Shown: positions 26,701 to 42,059 of the stretch, piece after piece
Layout of the letters: each line of letters starts with the position of its first letter
Position numbering within the stretch: position 1 is the stretch's first letter
Assembly: GCF_001194135.2 (NCBI RefSeq)
Contig: NC_068993.1
Location: forward strand, 22,957,719-23,015,767
DNA from: Octopus bimaculoides
Lineage: Eukaryota
Length of the DNA stretch: 58,049 bases
Reading direction: 5' to 3'
Made by a program: the position numbers and the translations under genes
Notes under the pieces: model-generated
Seen by the model: only the letters and a program-made list of their open reading frames with translations
Databases searched by the model: none
Told to the model about the DNA's origin: nothing

Positions 26701-27595
26701 TCTATTAATTACCAGACAGCATTTATCGTATTAACTTTGTTGACACCGCCGGATGAAATGGTAATTACTAGATTTCAACACTATAGTAATATCTCATAGG
26801 CTTCTGATGATTGAAATATACGTTTGATATGTTTGTTTTCTGTGATTTATTTTACATTTTAGGGTCTCATTGTTCTGAGTATATCTTTGTTACACGGATC
26901 ATGGTTTATGTTGTTTTTATTATCACATATATTGGTAATGCATGAGTGTCTTCATATGCAATCTAATTTTGGTATTTTCTGTGGAATATATGCGTGTATG
27001 TGTGTATTTACATATACATATCTATCAATGTGTCTGTATGTCTATCTATCTGTCTATATACATATACACATAAATGAGTGTGTGTGTCTGTGTGTGTACT
27101 TGTATGTTTGTGCACGTATCATCATCTATTTCCAACGTGTATGCTCAAATTATGAAAAGCGGTTGGGTAAAAGCTTTGATGAAATGGAAGAGAGCCTGTA
27201 AGCCGAAGACAACTAAGATAAGAACAATGAGAACAAGAAGATTATAGAATATAGAAGGTCCTACATCATCCTGTATGATAGAATAAAAGTGCTATAATTG
27301 GAATACATTAGGGGAGTAAAGTAATTAATACGAGACTTTTGAAAACAAACAATCAGAAAACATCTGAAAAATAAAGTTTACATGGAATGAACTAAATTAC
27401 AGACATAGAATAGGGATTTGCAGAAATATTGACTACTCTACGACAAAAAGGTGGGGGTAGATGATGTGGGAAATGGAGGTGAGAACGTGCAAAGTTGGGT
27501 AACAAACCTGATTTAAGTGTATTTGTCCTCTGACCTGTTTCATCTTTAAGAATTAATTCGTATAAACTGCTTGAATATATTATTATATATACAAT

Positions 27596-27620
27596 GCTGC
27601 TGCTGCCGCTGCTGCTGCTG

Positions 27621-27660
<40 letters not shown>
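27596..27660. repeat. (GCT)n/(ACT)n compound microsatellite
   Basis: Directly visible. Confidence 0.95.
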
Positions 27661-28229
27661 ACACACATCTATTCATCTATCCATCCATACGTACATGCAT
27701 ACATGCACACACACAAACACATACGCACACAAATATGTGTGTGTGTGTAAGGTTTCACCGTGAGTTTAGATCAAGACACAGTTGTAACAAGCCATTCTAC
27801 AAACAACGGGAGAAATAAGATTTAAAAAAAATAGGAAAATATTTGTATACATTGTGGAATTCCCTACATAAAAACAGACAAATATTGCAGAAAACATGCA
27901 GATGTTGCAACATAGTGTTACAGTAGCATATAACATACACGCATCGCAATGGTACATCTGATTACGATAAACTCAGTCTAACAGTCAAAATGTGGCATGA
28001 TAATCTGCATAAGCTTTAAACGACCAGCATAATAATATAGAAAAGCCTAAACACTCAAAACCCCGCGAATAAGAAGAGAAAGACGACCGGAAACGTTGAT
28101 AAAGATGTACTTGGGAAGTTTATTTTGCCAACGGAATATAAGTTTTCTATACTCAGATACGTTAATGAAGATAAATTAAGTTAGGCCAATTTTCCATTTT
28201 CAAATAACGTGGTATAAACAGAAGCTGTT

Positions 28230-28382
<153 letters not shown>

Positions 28383-28567
28383 AGAAATGTCACACTGCCA
28401 GGTAGTTTTCGAACACTAATAATCAATGGAATTTGCAGAAGCAACACTTGACACACAGGCACCAGTGGGCAGATCCCTACCAGAACACACAAATGCGTAC
28501 ACACACTTGCACACATGCACACCGACTCTGTCTGTCTCTCTACACACGCTCGCACACACGCTCACCC

Positions 28568-28611
<44 letters not shown>

Positions 28612-30257
28612 GTACAAGTTTTTTCATACTGAGCTACTCGGCAAAATTGTTAATTATTAATTTTATTTCTAATTGACGATTCTCTGCCCTGTATATTTAT
28701 ATTTTAGTAATACCTCTAAGGTCGATAGCTAAACCGCAAAAAGTCGTACGGGACTTTTTTCTATGCGGGACTATTTATGATACACACTGAATTGAATTCA
28801 TTAGGGTGAGAGATTTTAAACTCACTGGCCGATAAATTTCTTAATGTTTGCCTCACGTGGTCTTGATGTCGCATGGTCAAAATTNNNNNNNNNNNNNNNN
28901 NNNNNNNNNNNNNNNNNNNNNNNNNNNNNNNNNNNNNNNNNNNNNNNNNNNNNNNNNNNNNNNNNNNNNNNNNNNNNNNNNNNNNNNNNNNNNNNNNNNN
29001 NNNNNNNNNNNNNNNNNNNNNNNNNNNNNNNNNNNNNNNNNNNNNNNNNNNNNNNNNNNNNNNNNNNNNNNNNNNNNNNNNNNNNNNNNNNNNNNNNNNN
29101 NNNNNNNNNNNNNNNNNNNNNNNNNNNNNNNNNNNNNNNNNNNNNNNNNNNNNNNNNNNNNNNNNNNNNNNNNNNNNNNNNNNNNNNNNNNNNNNNNNNN
29201 NNNNNNNNNNNNNNNNNNNNNNNNNNNNNNNNNNNNNNNNNNNNNNNNNNNNNNNNNNNNNNNNNNNNNNNNNNNNNNNNNNNNNNNNNNNNNNNNNNNN
29301 NNNNNNNNNNNNNNNTTTTTTTTTACACGGATTTTTGTGCTAAGTTTAACTAGTGCCTCTTTGCTTTGTCTTCGGCACATGTGGCCGACAGAGAAAAAAT
29401 GATTAATATTATTATGATTATTATTACTATTATTATGCATACTTTGCTTTTATTTTTATTATTTAAAAAAAAAATTAGGGTTGTTTTTATTTATGGTTGT
29501 TTGCTCTTTAAATAAACAGCGACAAATACTTATTCTTTTCACATTACAAGTTGGAACGGCCTAATGCTATCCTGGTCAGGTGCCACTCTGACATATCAAA
29601 CCATAGATTATGCGTATTCGTCAGTCAGAACTAACTGAATTGTAACGTGCATAGAAAATGTATGGTACAGAAAGAATTGTAGAGAATATCTAATTTCTTC
29701 TTTCTCTGTCTTCTTACTTGTACATATATGTGTATATGTATGTGTGTGTGTGAATATATGTTATGTATGTAGTGTATATATGTAACCATGTTTGTGTATC
29801 CAAGGATTTCTTATAACTTCACAAGCTTAAACCAGAATTATAGTGGTGGTGGCTGGTCGGTTCATATATACTGTATAAGTTGAATAGACAAATGGAAGCT
29901 GCAAGAATATAGATACTAGTCGGAATGTATTCAACAATTTTATAATATAATAGCAGATTAATTCGGAAATGAGAAACAGAATGTAATAAATACATACTTA
30001 TATATGAAAACATATACATAAAAACATACTTATCATACATGCATACCTACATACAAACACACACACATACATANNNNNNNNNNNNNNNNNNNNNNNNNNN
30101 NNNNNNNNNNNNNNNNNNNNNNNNNNNNNNNNNNNNNNNNNNNNNNNNNNNNNNNNNNNNNNNNNNNNNNNNNNNNNNNNNNNNNNNNNNNNNNNNNNNN
30201 NNNNNNNNNNNNNNNNNNNNNNNNNNNNNNNNNNNNNNNNNNNNNNNNNNNNNNNNN

Positions 30258-30320
<63 letters not shown>

Positions 30321-31554
30321 ATATAACAATACTGTAAGAATGATTTAAACTTTCGACAGAATGTGACAGATACAAAGTTGAATGGATTTTTGCAGACACT
30401 AATGATTATTAATTTGCAATATGTAACATTTGCTTATAATAGCTTCCTTAATGGGTGACTTTTCTCCATAGAAATTGTAGAAACTTCAACCATTGTATTA
30501 TATAAGCAAGTGTATTAATATTTTTTGCATCATAAGATTTCACCTCTTATACTTCTAAATGTATACATGCCGGAGACAATATATGTTATTTTTATAGAAT
30601 ATTTTCCTCTTTAGACTTATTGTTTCAAATTTTATAACTAATGTTCTAATTTATGGCTATGGACATAAATTATCTCATGTTCTAAATTCGTGAATAATTT
30701 TACGTTACTCTCTCAAGTTTTTTGTTAAAGAAAGTCTTGTTATAGATTTTGAATTTATACTCTCAATCGATTACATCGAAATCACACTAAAGAAAACACA
30801 AATTCATAAGGCATTTTGGACGAATTTTATGTTCGTCATTTAAAATTCATTCCTACTAACTACAGAGTTACATATTTCAAGAGTGATGAAGCTATTTGCT
30901 TTTATAGTTATTATTGACTGTATTATTTACAATACTTGCTTCATTATTGCTATGATTTTGAGATTTTTGTCAAAGAGGTCCGTCATTAAGAATTCATAAT
31001 ACAATGAAAATGATATACCAGCTATACAATTCCATGAAAAAATAATACTCTTACATTTGTATATACGGAAGCAATATATATTAGTAAATGTTTTACCTAT
31101 TCACAAGTTTGTTATTCATAACATTCTGTCCAAAACTGAAAACTAAATATGAAATGAAAATTGGTTTCTTCAATGCGTATAAGAATAATCAAAATAAATC
31201 ATTTAACCATGGCGTGACCAGATGACTTTCTATGGAGAAATCTTATATATTTTTTCCTAAAAATTTAAACAAATACAATAATTTTCCAAATCACGGAAGT
31301 CGGAAGTCATTGTAGTGTCTCATATTATTATTGCCAATTATAATTACCATGTCAGATAGTAAATTAAGCTATATGGATGAAAAGCATAAAGATTTTATCA
31401 ACAAAATCAAAGTCTGCTCCTCTCAACTTTTTATCAGTTTTATTTTGTACTTCCAAAAATCTATCTGTATATCTGTCGCTCCCATACGCGTGGTGGCATG
31501 CATGTGTAAATACATACATGCATTGATAACATAAAATATCGCATAAGTATATGC

Positions 31555-33300
31555 TAAGGGGACAGCCTCTTTGTGATGTTTATACTTTCTGTAAAACACT
31601 TGTCATCATATTAAGGAAGTCTGAAGGATATCTTGCTGATTCACAAGGTAAGAAAAATACCAAAATTACACTTGAAGCTATATAACTGAAACTATATGCA
31701 AATAACATGCAAGAGGTATGAGATGGAAGAATCCTTGACATGGTTACACTTTCAAAGGATATAGGGTTGGAGTTTGGTCAGGATAAACGTTACTGTATGA
31801 TTGTGAAAAGAGGGAAACCTATAACCCAGAGTAGCAACATTCTAGCAGCGACTAAACTGTTTCCGCTATATCTGATGCGGAATGTTACAGGTATCGCAGA
31901 ACACTGCATTCAATAAGATAGTGGCCCACTACATGTTTGCAGTGCCGGTACTTATACCAACATTTGGGTACTTATACCAACATTTGGGTACTTATACCAA
32001 CATTTGGGTGATTGTTATGAAAACCCGGATGATACTAACAAACACTGCCTTTGAATGTCGTATCATATCCCATCGGCAACATCTTTTAACCAGAAATTGT
32101 CGAAGTGCATTCCTTGATCAAGTATGCATACATAAGATTGATAACATATTGAGAGTTTGAAAGCTGCTCCTTGAGCAGCATTCCTTTTCTGATAACCTGA
32201 ATTACATGCCCAAATAAGTCGCACGAATCTTCTGAAATCTATCATCTAGTGAAAGGATGAGCATATATGAGCAGAAGGATCATGCATGGATATGTTGGTA
32301 GAAAGCTCCGTGATGATAGAAACATCAATTATCAAAAGAGTTTATCATGACCAACAAGCAGATTACTAAGTCCCACCTTGAAGCGTATGCGTTTGCAATC
32401 CAGGAAGAAAAAATATCAGCCACATATTTGATTCACAAAAGGGACAGGGATGAGAGAAAAGCAGCAAAATGTGACGACCGATGCAGACGTTGTGGAGTTC
32501 ACACCGAAGATATCACCCACAGTTGTCCGAAAATTTTATCACGGTATTATCTACCGGTGAGACATGATGTTCTGGCTAGGACACTATATAATTAGATCTG
32601 TGAGAAAACTAATACCGAGGACAAAGAAATAAGAACCCACAGTATGGTAGAAGCAATATCCACTCATAAGGAAAAAGAGTACTAGTGGAATGTTCCAGTG
32701 AAAACCTCAGAAATATAATCGACCTGATATAATGATTTGAAATAAAGAAGAGAATCTGTGTACAGTTGTGGAAATCAGCTGCCCAGCGGATGTTAACAGA
32801 AAGTTAAAGATCATCGTAAAAGAGAACACCTACGCTGAACTATTGAGAAATCTGCAGTTATTCTATTTAGATCACAAGTTCCGATGTATACCTGTAATTA
32901 CTGGAGCCCTGGGATACGAAAAACACTGCCTAAATACCAATCTTGTGAAATTAAGCTTCTGAAAGCGAAAAGGGGAGAGCTGATTCGAAGATTATGGGTG
33001 CAAACCATCACTGGAACTGTAAATATCTGTAAAACTATCCAGGTGTCGATCATTTAAGTATATATGAGCATGTTTAGATATGCAAGTCTATGCATGAGAA
33101 TACTTACATAATACAAAACATGCTGATCTGCACGTATACATACTTAGATACATTTCCTAGTTACATACATGCATACATGCCTACAAAAATACCTTATTGA
33201 TGTTGAAATTCTAATGAAGGTGCCTTGGATCTAGGTCAGAAACCGGCTCTTTCTCTATAGGCAAGAAATTTTGAAATAAAGTGGAATAATGACATACATA
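31555..33300 (+). mobile_element. R4/Dong-like RLE non-LTR retrotransposon, degraded 3' half with 3' UTR (copy F)
   Basis: GDSLFVMFILSV, SKDIGLEFGQDK, FNKIVAHYMFAVPVLIPTFG, zinc knuckle CRRCGVHTEDITHSC followed by YLPVRHD, RLE region RPDIMI...EISCPADVN...IPVITGALG, terminal GTVNICK, then a non-coding tail ending AATAATGACATACATA. Confidence 0.85.
31948..32007 (+). repeat. 20-bp perfect tandem triplication inside copy F
   Basis: GTACTTATACCAACATTTGG x3. Confidence 0.97.
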
Positions 33301-33409
33301 TTCAATGCTATTCCTCAGTACAATATCACTGAAAGTAGTAAATGAAATATTAATAATATTAGTTTACTCAATAATTTTACTATATTTGTACTTTGACTAT
33401 CATACTTTT

Positions 33410-33610
33410 GGGCTGGCAGAATAATTAACGTGCCGGGCGAAATGCCGCATTTCTTCCGACTTGATATTCTCAATTTAAATTCCGGCAAGAGCGGCTTTGC
33501 TTTTTATCCTTTCGGGTCTGAAATTTTACTCACTATTTGAACAGCGGGATCAATATAAGGATCTAGACCTTGCCACATGAAATTTGAGGCCTTGAGCCTT
33601 TAGTAGAAAA
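33410..33610 (+). mobile_element. SINE family 2
   Basis: GCTGGCAGAAT...CGTGCCGGGCGAAATGC...AAATTCCG...CCTTTCGGG...GCCTTGAGCCTTTAGTAGAAAA matches the other family-2 copies. Confidence 0.65.
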
Positions 33611-34724
33611 ATTATTATGCTTTTGAATAGACTTACAGAAGTAAAAATTTTTTGACATTTATTTCAGTCGTTATCTTTAGAAAATTTTACGCATGAGTTT
33701 TATTTTAGATATGTTACAAATGAATCGATTTAAAAATATTTTGAAGTAAATGAAGCGAATTCAGAGAAATGAATTTTCTCTTTGCATGATTGATTCAATT
33801 TCCTTTGACTAATATATATTTAAAACAAGTTGCTCTTTTGGTTTGCTAAAACATCCCATGAATTATTAACTTACGGAAAGGGGAAATTTTTCCTGAAAAT
33901 TTGGATGTCTTTTACAAAACGATTACTATAATATTATTCAAATAGCCTTAGAAGCATGCAGTCTCTATATTCCCGTTTTCGATTTATACATTTTGTTGTT
34001 TGTAACTCTAGATTCTTGTTGCTTAGAAACACAGGTAAACAAAAGAACCTTTTCATTTGTTTGTATAACTAATTCACAGCATTTTATCATATTCCATTTG
34101 AATATATATATTGCTAGAGTGAGAAAATGGGTAACTAACACGTAATGCATTTAGCGTTCCATTAAGCAATGCAATTAATCAATAAATTTACAACGATAAT
34201 GCGATTATTATCGTTTCACTAATTCATATAAAGAAAAGCATTGACGGCATTTCGCGGCAATTAAATTTAGTAGAGTAATTAGATATGGAATGCAATAAGG
34301 AGTTAGACAGATTCACGGCAATATTGTGACAACTTCGATCATATTTCCATCGTAACATAACTCATCAGCTGATCTCTGATTACTTGTTAGTTCAGATTCA
34401 TTAAAATATATTTTCATTAATTCATATTGATGCGGTTCTTCTTGGTCGTTTTTTTTTTCTGAACAGCGTTAGTCATTAAGATGATTATTATGGATAAGAT
34501 TGTAATATAAGAATAATTTCTGTTATAGCTTAATTTTCTGGCTGCAAACAATGATATGTATGTAATCTGGCACTTATTTTTTCACATCACAATAAACTAA
34601 GTGTCAAAAATCGTGTATGAACTCATTGTAATATATATTAAAGAAGAATCGTTCTAAGTTCGTTAGTATAAATATTTATATTAATTATCCAAATAGTTTG
34701 TTTATCTGAAACAAAATTAGTTTA

Positions 34725-35017
34725 ACATTATTATTGAGTGAGAGAGCAGTGAATGCCATCAAAGTGACACTGGGGTAAAATATACGAGCCCATTATACCT
34801 ATCATGACTACCCGTCTGATAAGGGTACACTAGGCCCAGGCCTCACAACAATATGTGCGCGATATGGTGATTTCATATCAAGATAAACAGCGCATGACCA
34901 CGCAGGTGGGTCCCAGTTAGAATTTTCTACAGGTCGAGCAGCCCATCCCGCTGAAAAGGTCCCTGAATAAGGTTTGTTTAAGAATGTTGAGCAAAACACC
35001 CATGTTTCCAAAGGTGA
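34725..35017 (-). mobile_element. Non-coding interspersed repeat (family X) with short AAT tail
   Basis: Shares ATGGTGAT(T/C)TCATATCAAGATAAACAGC(G/A)CATGACC...CAGTTAGAATTTT...ATGTTTCCA with 40206-40525. The minus strand ends CTCTCTCACTC-AATAATAAT. Cut by the assembly gap at 35018. Confidence 0.7.
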
Positions 35018-35328
35018 NNNNNNNNNNNNNNNNNNNNNNNNNNNNNNNNNNNNNNNNNNNNNNNNNNNNNNNNNNNNNNNNNNNNNNNNNNNNNNNNNNN
35101 NNNNNNNNNNNNNNNNNNNNNNNNNNNNNNNNNNNNNNNNNNNNNNNNNNNNNNNNNNNNNNNNNNNNNNNNNNNNNNNNNNNNNNNNNNNNNNNNNNNN
35201 NNNNNNNNNNNNNNNNNNNNNNNNNNNNNNNNNNNNNNNNNNNNNNNNNNNNNNNNNNNNNNNNNNNNNNNNNNNNNNNNNNNNNNNNNNNNNNNNNNNN
35301 NNNNNNNNNNNNNNNNNNNNNNNNNNNN

Positions 35329-37325
<1,997 letters not shown>

Positions 37326-37329
37326 TGAT

Positions 37330-37350
37330 TTATTATTATTATTATTATTA

Positions 37351-37438
<88 letters not shown>

Positions 37439-37440
37439 CA
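37330..37440. repeat. (TAA)n microsatellite at the 5' end of copy A
   Basis: Directly visible. Confidence 0.97.
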
Positions 37441-37811
37441 ACATCATTATTATTACCAACATCGTTATTAAGGCGGTGCCCTAGCAGAATCATTAGCATG
37501 ATTTAATGTTTCAGAACACAAGGAAAGATCACCATCCCTTCTCAAATAAAGGGAAGTGATGAGTGTTGGAACGATCATTAGGATATTGTTTTCCCAACAC
37601 TAGCTGATATGATCCAGAAACAAATCACAGACAGTAGTAGTAGTAGTAGGAGCAGCAGCGGCAACCACTACTACAGCAAATAATACAACAACAAAAGAAC
37701 AACAACAGCAGTAAAAAACAGTAATGCAATAGTAATGAAGGCGACAGCAGCAACGATGAGTAATATAAAATCCAAAATACCAAATGCTCAGCCTCCAGCA
37801 TCGTCCCCAAC

Positions 37812-39222
37812 ATCAACACACTGAGAAGTAGTTCTACACTGTCCAATACCGCTATGATACGCTGGACGGAAAGACCTGTTAAATTGCTCGGGGTGTGGAG
37901 AACAAGTAGGACAAGGCGACGAATAGGAGGGCTATCTTACCCTCAAATAAGCCGAGAAAAAGCAACCTCTGACAAATTGAGCAGAGATGGGGAATGCTTA
38001 CATTGCCTCCGTCATATACAACAGCCTGACAGCCATGCCATGCCCCGATTTACGTGTGATCATATTGGAACGCTTACTCTTCCGCTTTATGTAGAAGGGA
38101 CGTGTTCCGTTAATCAGTCACTCTATTTACTCCATTGAATGGCGTTCTGCGTATAATTTTGCTGCTGATAATATGTCATGCGCTGAGGGTACGAAATCGC
38201 CAGTTTTTCCTAGATGCTAAGCAAATATGGTCAACTTTGTCGGACGTCCTCCACAGCTCGTCATTTTGACTGAGCTATAGTCATGGATCAAGCAGAGACC
38301 GAGGCAGAGCCCCTGGCACCTAGCGTGTCGTCAGGCGTACTGAGTCCTCTCCCAGTCAGTCAATGAGGTGGGTGGAAGTTCCACTTTGGCTTTCTATAGA
38401 GTTTAATGCCGGCAAGCGCGACGAAGAACTCGAGAAGACTGGGCGTCAACGAGAATCAACTTGCTGATTTGTTCTGGTAGATTTTCGGGTCGGGGTTATC
38501 GTATAATTTCCAGTAATGTTTGGGTTCAAAGTACTTCGTGGGGGCCATTGCCGTTTAAAATCTAGGATCATGGAAATTACGTTCGCTGGGTTTGTCTAAA
38601 ATGCACGAAGAACGACATAACTGTTTTTGCACGCTTTCAACCAGTACTCGAGCAATGCTGACTTGTCTGTTCATGTCAAAAACCTGCTGTCATGTGTAGG
38701 ACGCATCTGGCTATCAGCTTGGTCCATTGCGAAGATCGCGCTTCCTTTGGCCGGGAAGGGCAGGCAAAGTTTCTTTGTATGGTGGCACTTGCGAAGCAGC
38801 TGTATAGTAGACCAGTTTGAAAGAGCTAAAGACAGACACTTTACTATTTGGCCAGGCCCTCGTCAACGTTTTCAATTTTCACTTAAAGCGGAAAGAGATG
38901 CAAGAAAAGAAAGTGCTGACTTCCAGTAATCTTATTGTAGGATGGGTGAATATGGGGAAAATGATCCGAGTGAACCTATTTCAGTAGGTTGCGTCAGTAG
39001 ATTGGAAGGAAAAGATGTGGACCACCCTAGTGGCCAGAGTGACCCTGGTTTGTGAGGTGTCCAAATGGGCAAACCTTGGAGGTCCCCCAGTTATTGGTAA
39101 TTTTGTCGTAGTTAGAACTTATATTGTTATCATTTTTACTCTTTCCACGTTTCTATTTATATAACCAACATTGTATTATTCATATAATGGTTTTTGTGAA
39201 CCCTTAATAGTAAATAAAGAAA
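37812..39222 (+). mobile_element. Tx1/L1-clade LINE, ORF2 C-terminal half and 3' UTR
   Basis: RWTERPVKLLGVW, AEMGNAYIASVIYNSLTAMPCP, LERLLFRFM*KGRVPLI, a degraded C-terminal Cys motif ending LHAF, FLCMVALAK, FNFHLKRK...GWVNMGKM. The 3' UTR ends AATAAAGAAAGC before (TTA)n. Confidence 0.75.
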
Positions 39223-39228
39223 GCACTA

Positions 39229-39345
<117 letters not shown>

Positions 39346-39355
39346 NNNNNNNNNN

Positions 39356-40205
39356 TGTGGTTTGTTGTGATGCTCTTATGATTACTGTATTGAAAGTGTT
39401 TTACGTAGGATGTGTGCGGTGCCTAGTAGTGCTATTTTCTGTATGTTATATATATTTGTTAGTCCTGGTGTTTTTGTTATGTATTTTTCTGAATATGATT
39501 TTATCATACTTAATGCACCCACTATGATAGAAATTGTTTCTGTTTTTAGACTCCACATTCGAGTTACCTTATTTTCAAGTCTTTGCATTTTGAAAGTTTC
39601 TCCATTTCTTTTAGAGAAACTTTGTCATCTGTTGGTATTGATACATCAATTGGAAAGCATTTTTCCTTCATGATCTCTGACAACTATATCTGGCCTATTG
39701 GCCTTAATTTCTCTTTCTGTGTGTATTGGCATATCCCATATTATTGTTGCTTTCTCGTGTTCTGTGACCTTTTCTGGCGTGTGCCTATATCATTTTGTTC
39801 TGTTGCTATTCCACAATGCCGGCAGAGCTTCCAGTGTATATACATCCCAACTCTGTTTTGTCTGTGAATATATTCCTTCTTAGTCAGGACTTGGCAGCCA
39901 GAGACAATATGGTTTATTGTTTCTTGTCCACCTCCACATTTTCGGAAGTTCCTTGTTATGTTTCTTCTCATATGTTTTTGGTAATTTTAATTTCTGGTGG
40001 GGAAGCTTTGGTTTTGTGCTGCAATTGAAACTCCTTCAGTCTCTGCCTTGAGTCCTGAGCTTCTCAGCCATTGCTGGAATTTTTCTCTGTCTATTTCTTT
40101 TGCGTTTCGCTTAACCCAGTATTTGCCATGAAGGGGCTTTTCTTGTCGTCGACTTTCATGATCCGTTGCTGTTCCAGTTTTAGTTTGAATTTCAGTTGTT
40201 TTACA
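39356..40205 (-). mobile_element. R4/Dong-like retrotransposon 3' fragment (copy B)
   Basis: EKPLHGKY, WLRSSGLKAETEG..IAAQNQS, knuckle RKCGGGQETINHIVSGC, EYIHRQNRVGMYIHWKLC, RMWSLKTETISIIVGAL, QKIALLGTAHILRKTLSIQ*. Confidence 0.92.
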
Positions 40206-40525
40206 GATTTTGCGCGGCATGGTGATCTCATATCAAGATAAACAGCACATGACCTTGGAGATAGGGTCCAGTTAGAATTTTTCCTTTGGTTGAGTAGCCC
40301 ACTTCGCTCAAAAGGGTGGTTTAAGGATGTTGAGCGAAACACCTATGTTTCCAGAGATGAATAAATTAAAGCATAAAGAATTCCTCTCAACACGCGGCTA
40401 TGATGCTCCCCCACTTCTTCTCGTGATCAGAGATGCACATATCATCAACCAAGAAAGAACATGCTCAACTGGTTAAGGTCAAACAACCGGCAAGCAAATC
40501 TGTGGTATTGAGTAGAATATTTGGG
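40206..40525 (-). mobile_element. Interspersed repeat family X, second copy, joined to the 5' end of copy B
   Basis: High similarity to 34855-35017 over ~150 bp, and extends further. Confidence 0.7.
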
Positions 40526-40864
40526 ATTGTGTCGAGCAGATGTTGTCGAGTGTGAGATGAACCCAGTTGTCTGTCGAGTGTATGATGAGGATCGACACAC
40601 CATCTTTCCTTAGCATAGAAGGAAGGTAAATCTTTCTCTGCTTAGTGGTTTTGGCAAAAGAGGCTGTGTGGTGGACCCATCTTAAAGGTTTGAAGTCAGG
40701 CACATTCCTATTTGGTCAAGCCCTCGATCAATTTCTTCAAATATCATTTGAAGAGGAATGTGAGAATTGAGCGGGAGGTGCTAACTTCCAGTGTGTTTAT
40801 CAAAAGGTAGCCAACAATGGCAAGACACCACCGCCACCATCACCTTTGCCACGACCACTATTAA

Positions 40865-41047
40865 AACCTGAAGGTCTAAGATTTCTGAGGGAGGTGACAA
40901 GTCGATTTCGTTGAACCGAGTGTTTCACTGGTACTTAATTTATTGACCCCGAAAGTATGGAAGGCAAAGTTAACCTCAGTGGAATTTGCACTTAGAACCT
41001 AAAGACGGACGAAATACCGCTAAGCATTTTGCCCGGCATGCTCAACT
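40865..41047 (-). mobile_element. SINE family 2
   Basis: Reverse complement CATGCCGGGCAAAATGCTTAGCGGTATTTCGTCCGTCTTTAGGTTCTAAGTGCAAATTCC...CTTTCGGGGTCAATAAATTAAGTACCAG. Confidence 0.75.
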
Positions 41048-41051
41048 GATT

Positions 41052-41055
<4 letters not shown>

Positions 41056-41112
<57 letters not shown>
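41056..41112. repeat. (TAA)n microsatellite
   Basis: Directly visible. Confidence 0.95.
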
Positions 41113-41167
41113 AAATTTAAAAATTGAAGAAATGAAACAAATCACCAGAAATGAAATAAATCACCAG

Positions 41168-41545
41168 TAGGCACTCCGTCGCTTACGACATCGAGGGATC
41201 CAGTTGATCCGATCAACGGAACAGCCTGCTCCTGAAATTAACGTGCAAGTGGCTGAGCACTCCACAGACACGTGTACCGTTAACGTAGTTCTCGGGGATA
41301 TTCAGCGTGACACAGTGTGACAAGGCTGAACCTTTGAATTACAGGCACAACAGAAACAGGAAGTAAGAGTGAGAGAAAGTTGTGGTGAAAGAATACAGCA
41401 GGGTTCGCCACCATACCCTGGCGGAGCCTCGTGGAGCTTTACGTGTTTTCGCTCAATAAACACTCACAACGCCCGGTCTGGAAATCGAAACCGCGATCCT
41501 ATGACCGCCAGTCCGCTGCCCTAACTACTGGGCCATTGTGCCACC
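41168..41545 (-). mobile_element. tRNA-derived SINE (family 4), near full length
   Basis: Minus-strand head GGCACAA-TGGCCCAGTAG (A-box-like) and GGTTTCGATTT (B-box-like). A partial second copy lies at ~45120-45245. Confidence 0.8.
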
Positions 41546-41569
41546 ACACCAGTAGGGAATACACAAATA

Positions 41570-42055
41570 AAGTTTGAAAATTATTGTAGTCAAAGCTGAA
41601 ATTAAAAAGTCTTATTAAAGCAATAAATTCAAGAACAGCTATCTTAATCAGATATAGAGTTGGAATTATAGACTGGACCAAAAGCCATATAAAGAAACTT
41701 GACAGGAAAACTAGGAATTTGTTGGGATGTATGCAGAAAGCTGATATGAACATGCTGAACTTCAGGAGAGACCAGGGTGAAAGAGGCTTAATAGCAGTAG
41801 GAGAATGCATACAGATGAAAAGTAAAAGTCTAGCTGAGTATTCACAGAACAGCACAGAAAAAAAGCTACTAAAGACATTTAATAAAGAACAGGTGATGAA
41901 GCGCGTATTAAGAGTAAAAGACAAAAATCAAATACAAAAAGATCACGTCAGATAGATCGAAGTGAAACTTCTGCAGGTCTAAATTTGGAGATCCACTGAA
42001 GACGTATATGGAACAAAATCCTGGGCTTAAAATAGGGGGAATTAAAAATAGTAGA
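41570..42055 (+). mobile_element. R4/Dong-like retrotransposon internal fragment (copy D)
   Basis: LIKAINSR..IRYRVGIIDWTKSHIKKLDRKTRNLL...RDQGERGLI...SLAEYSQNSTEKKLL, the post-RT region of R4-clade proteins. Confidence 0.75.
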
Positions 42056-42059
42056 AATA

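Noticed and set aside
31948-32007. Short direct repeats considered as CRISPR-like (also 37199-37256, 55690-55758)
   Set aside because: Contiguous tandem units without unique spacers, inside eukaryotic TEs; no cas genes.
34335-34378. Minus-strand GATCAG-CTGATGA-GT-TATGTT-AC-GATGGAAA...TGATC
   Set aside because: GAAA is interrupted and there is no valid cleavage triplet; too weak.
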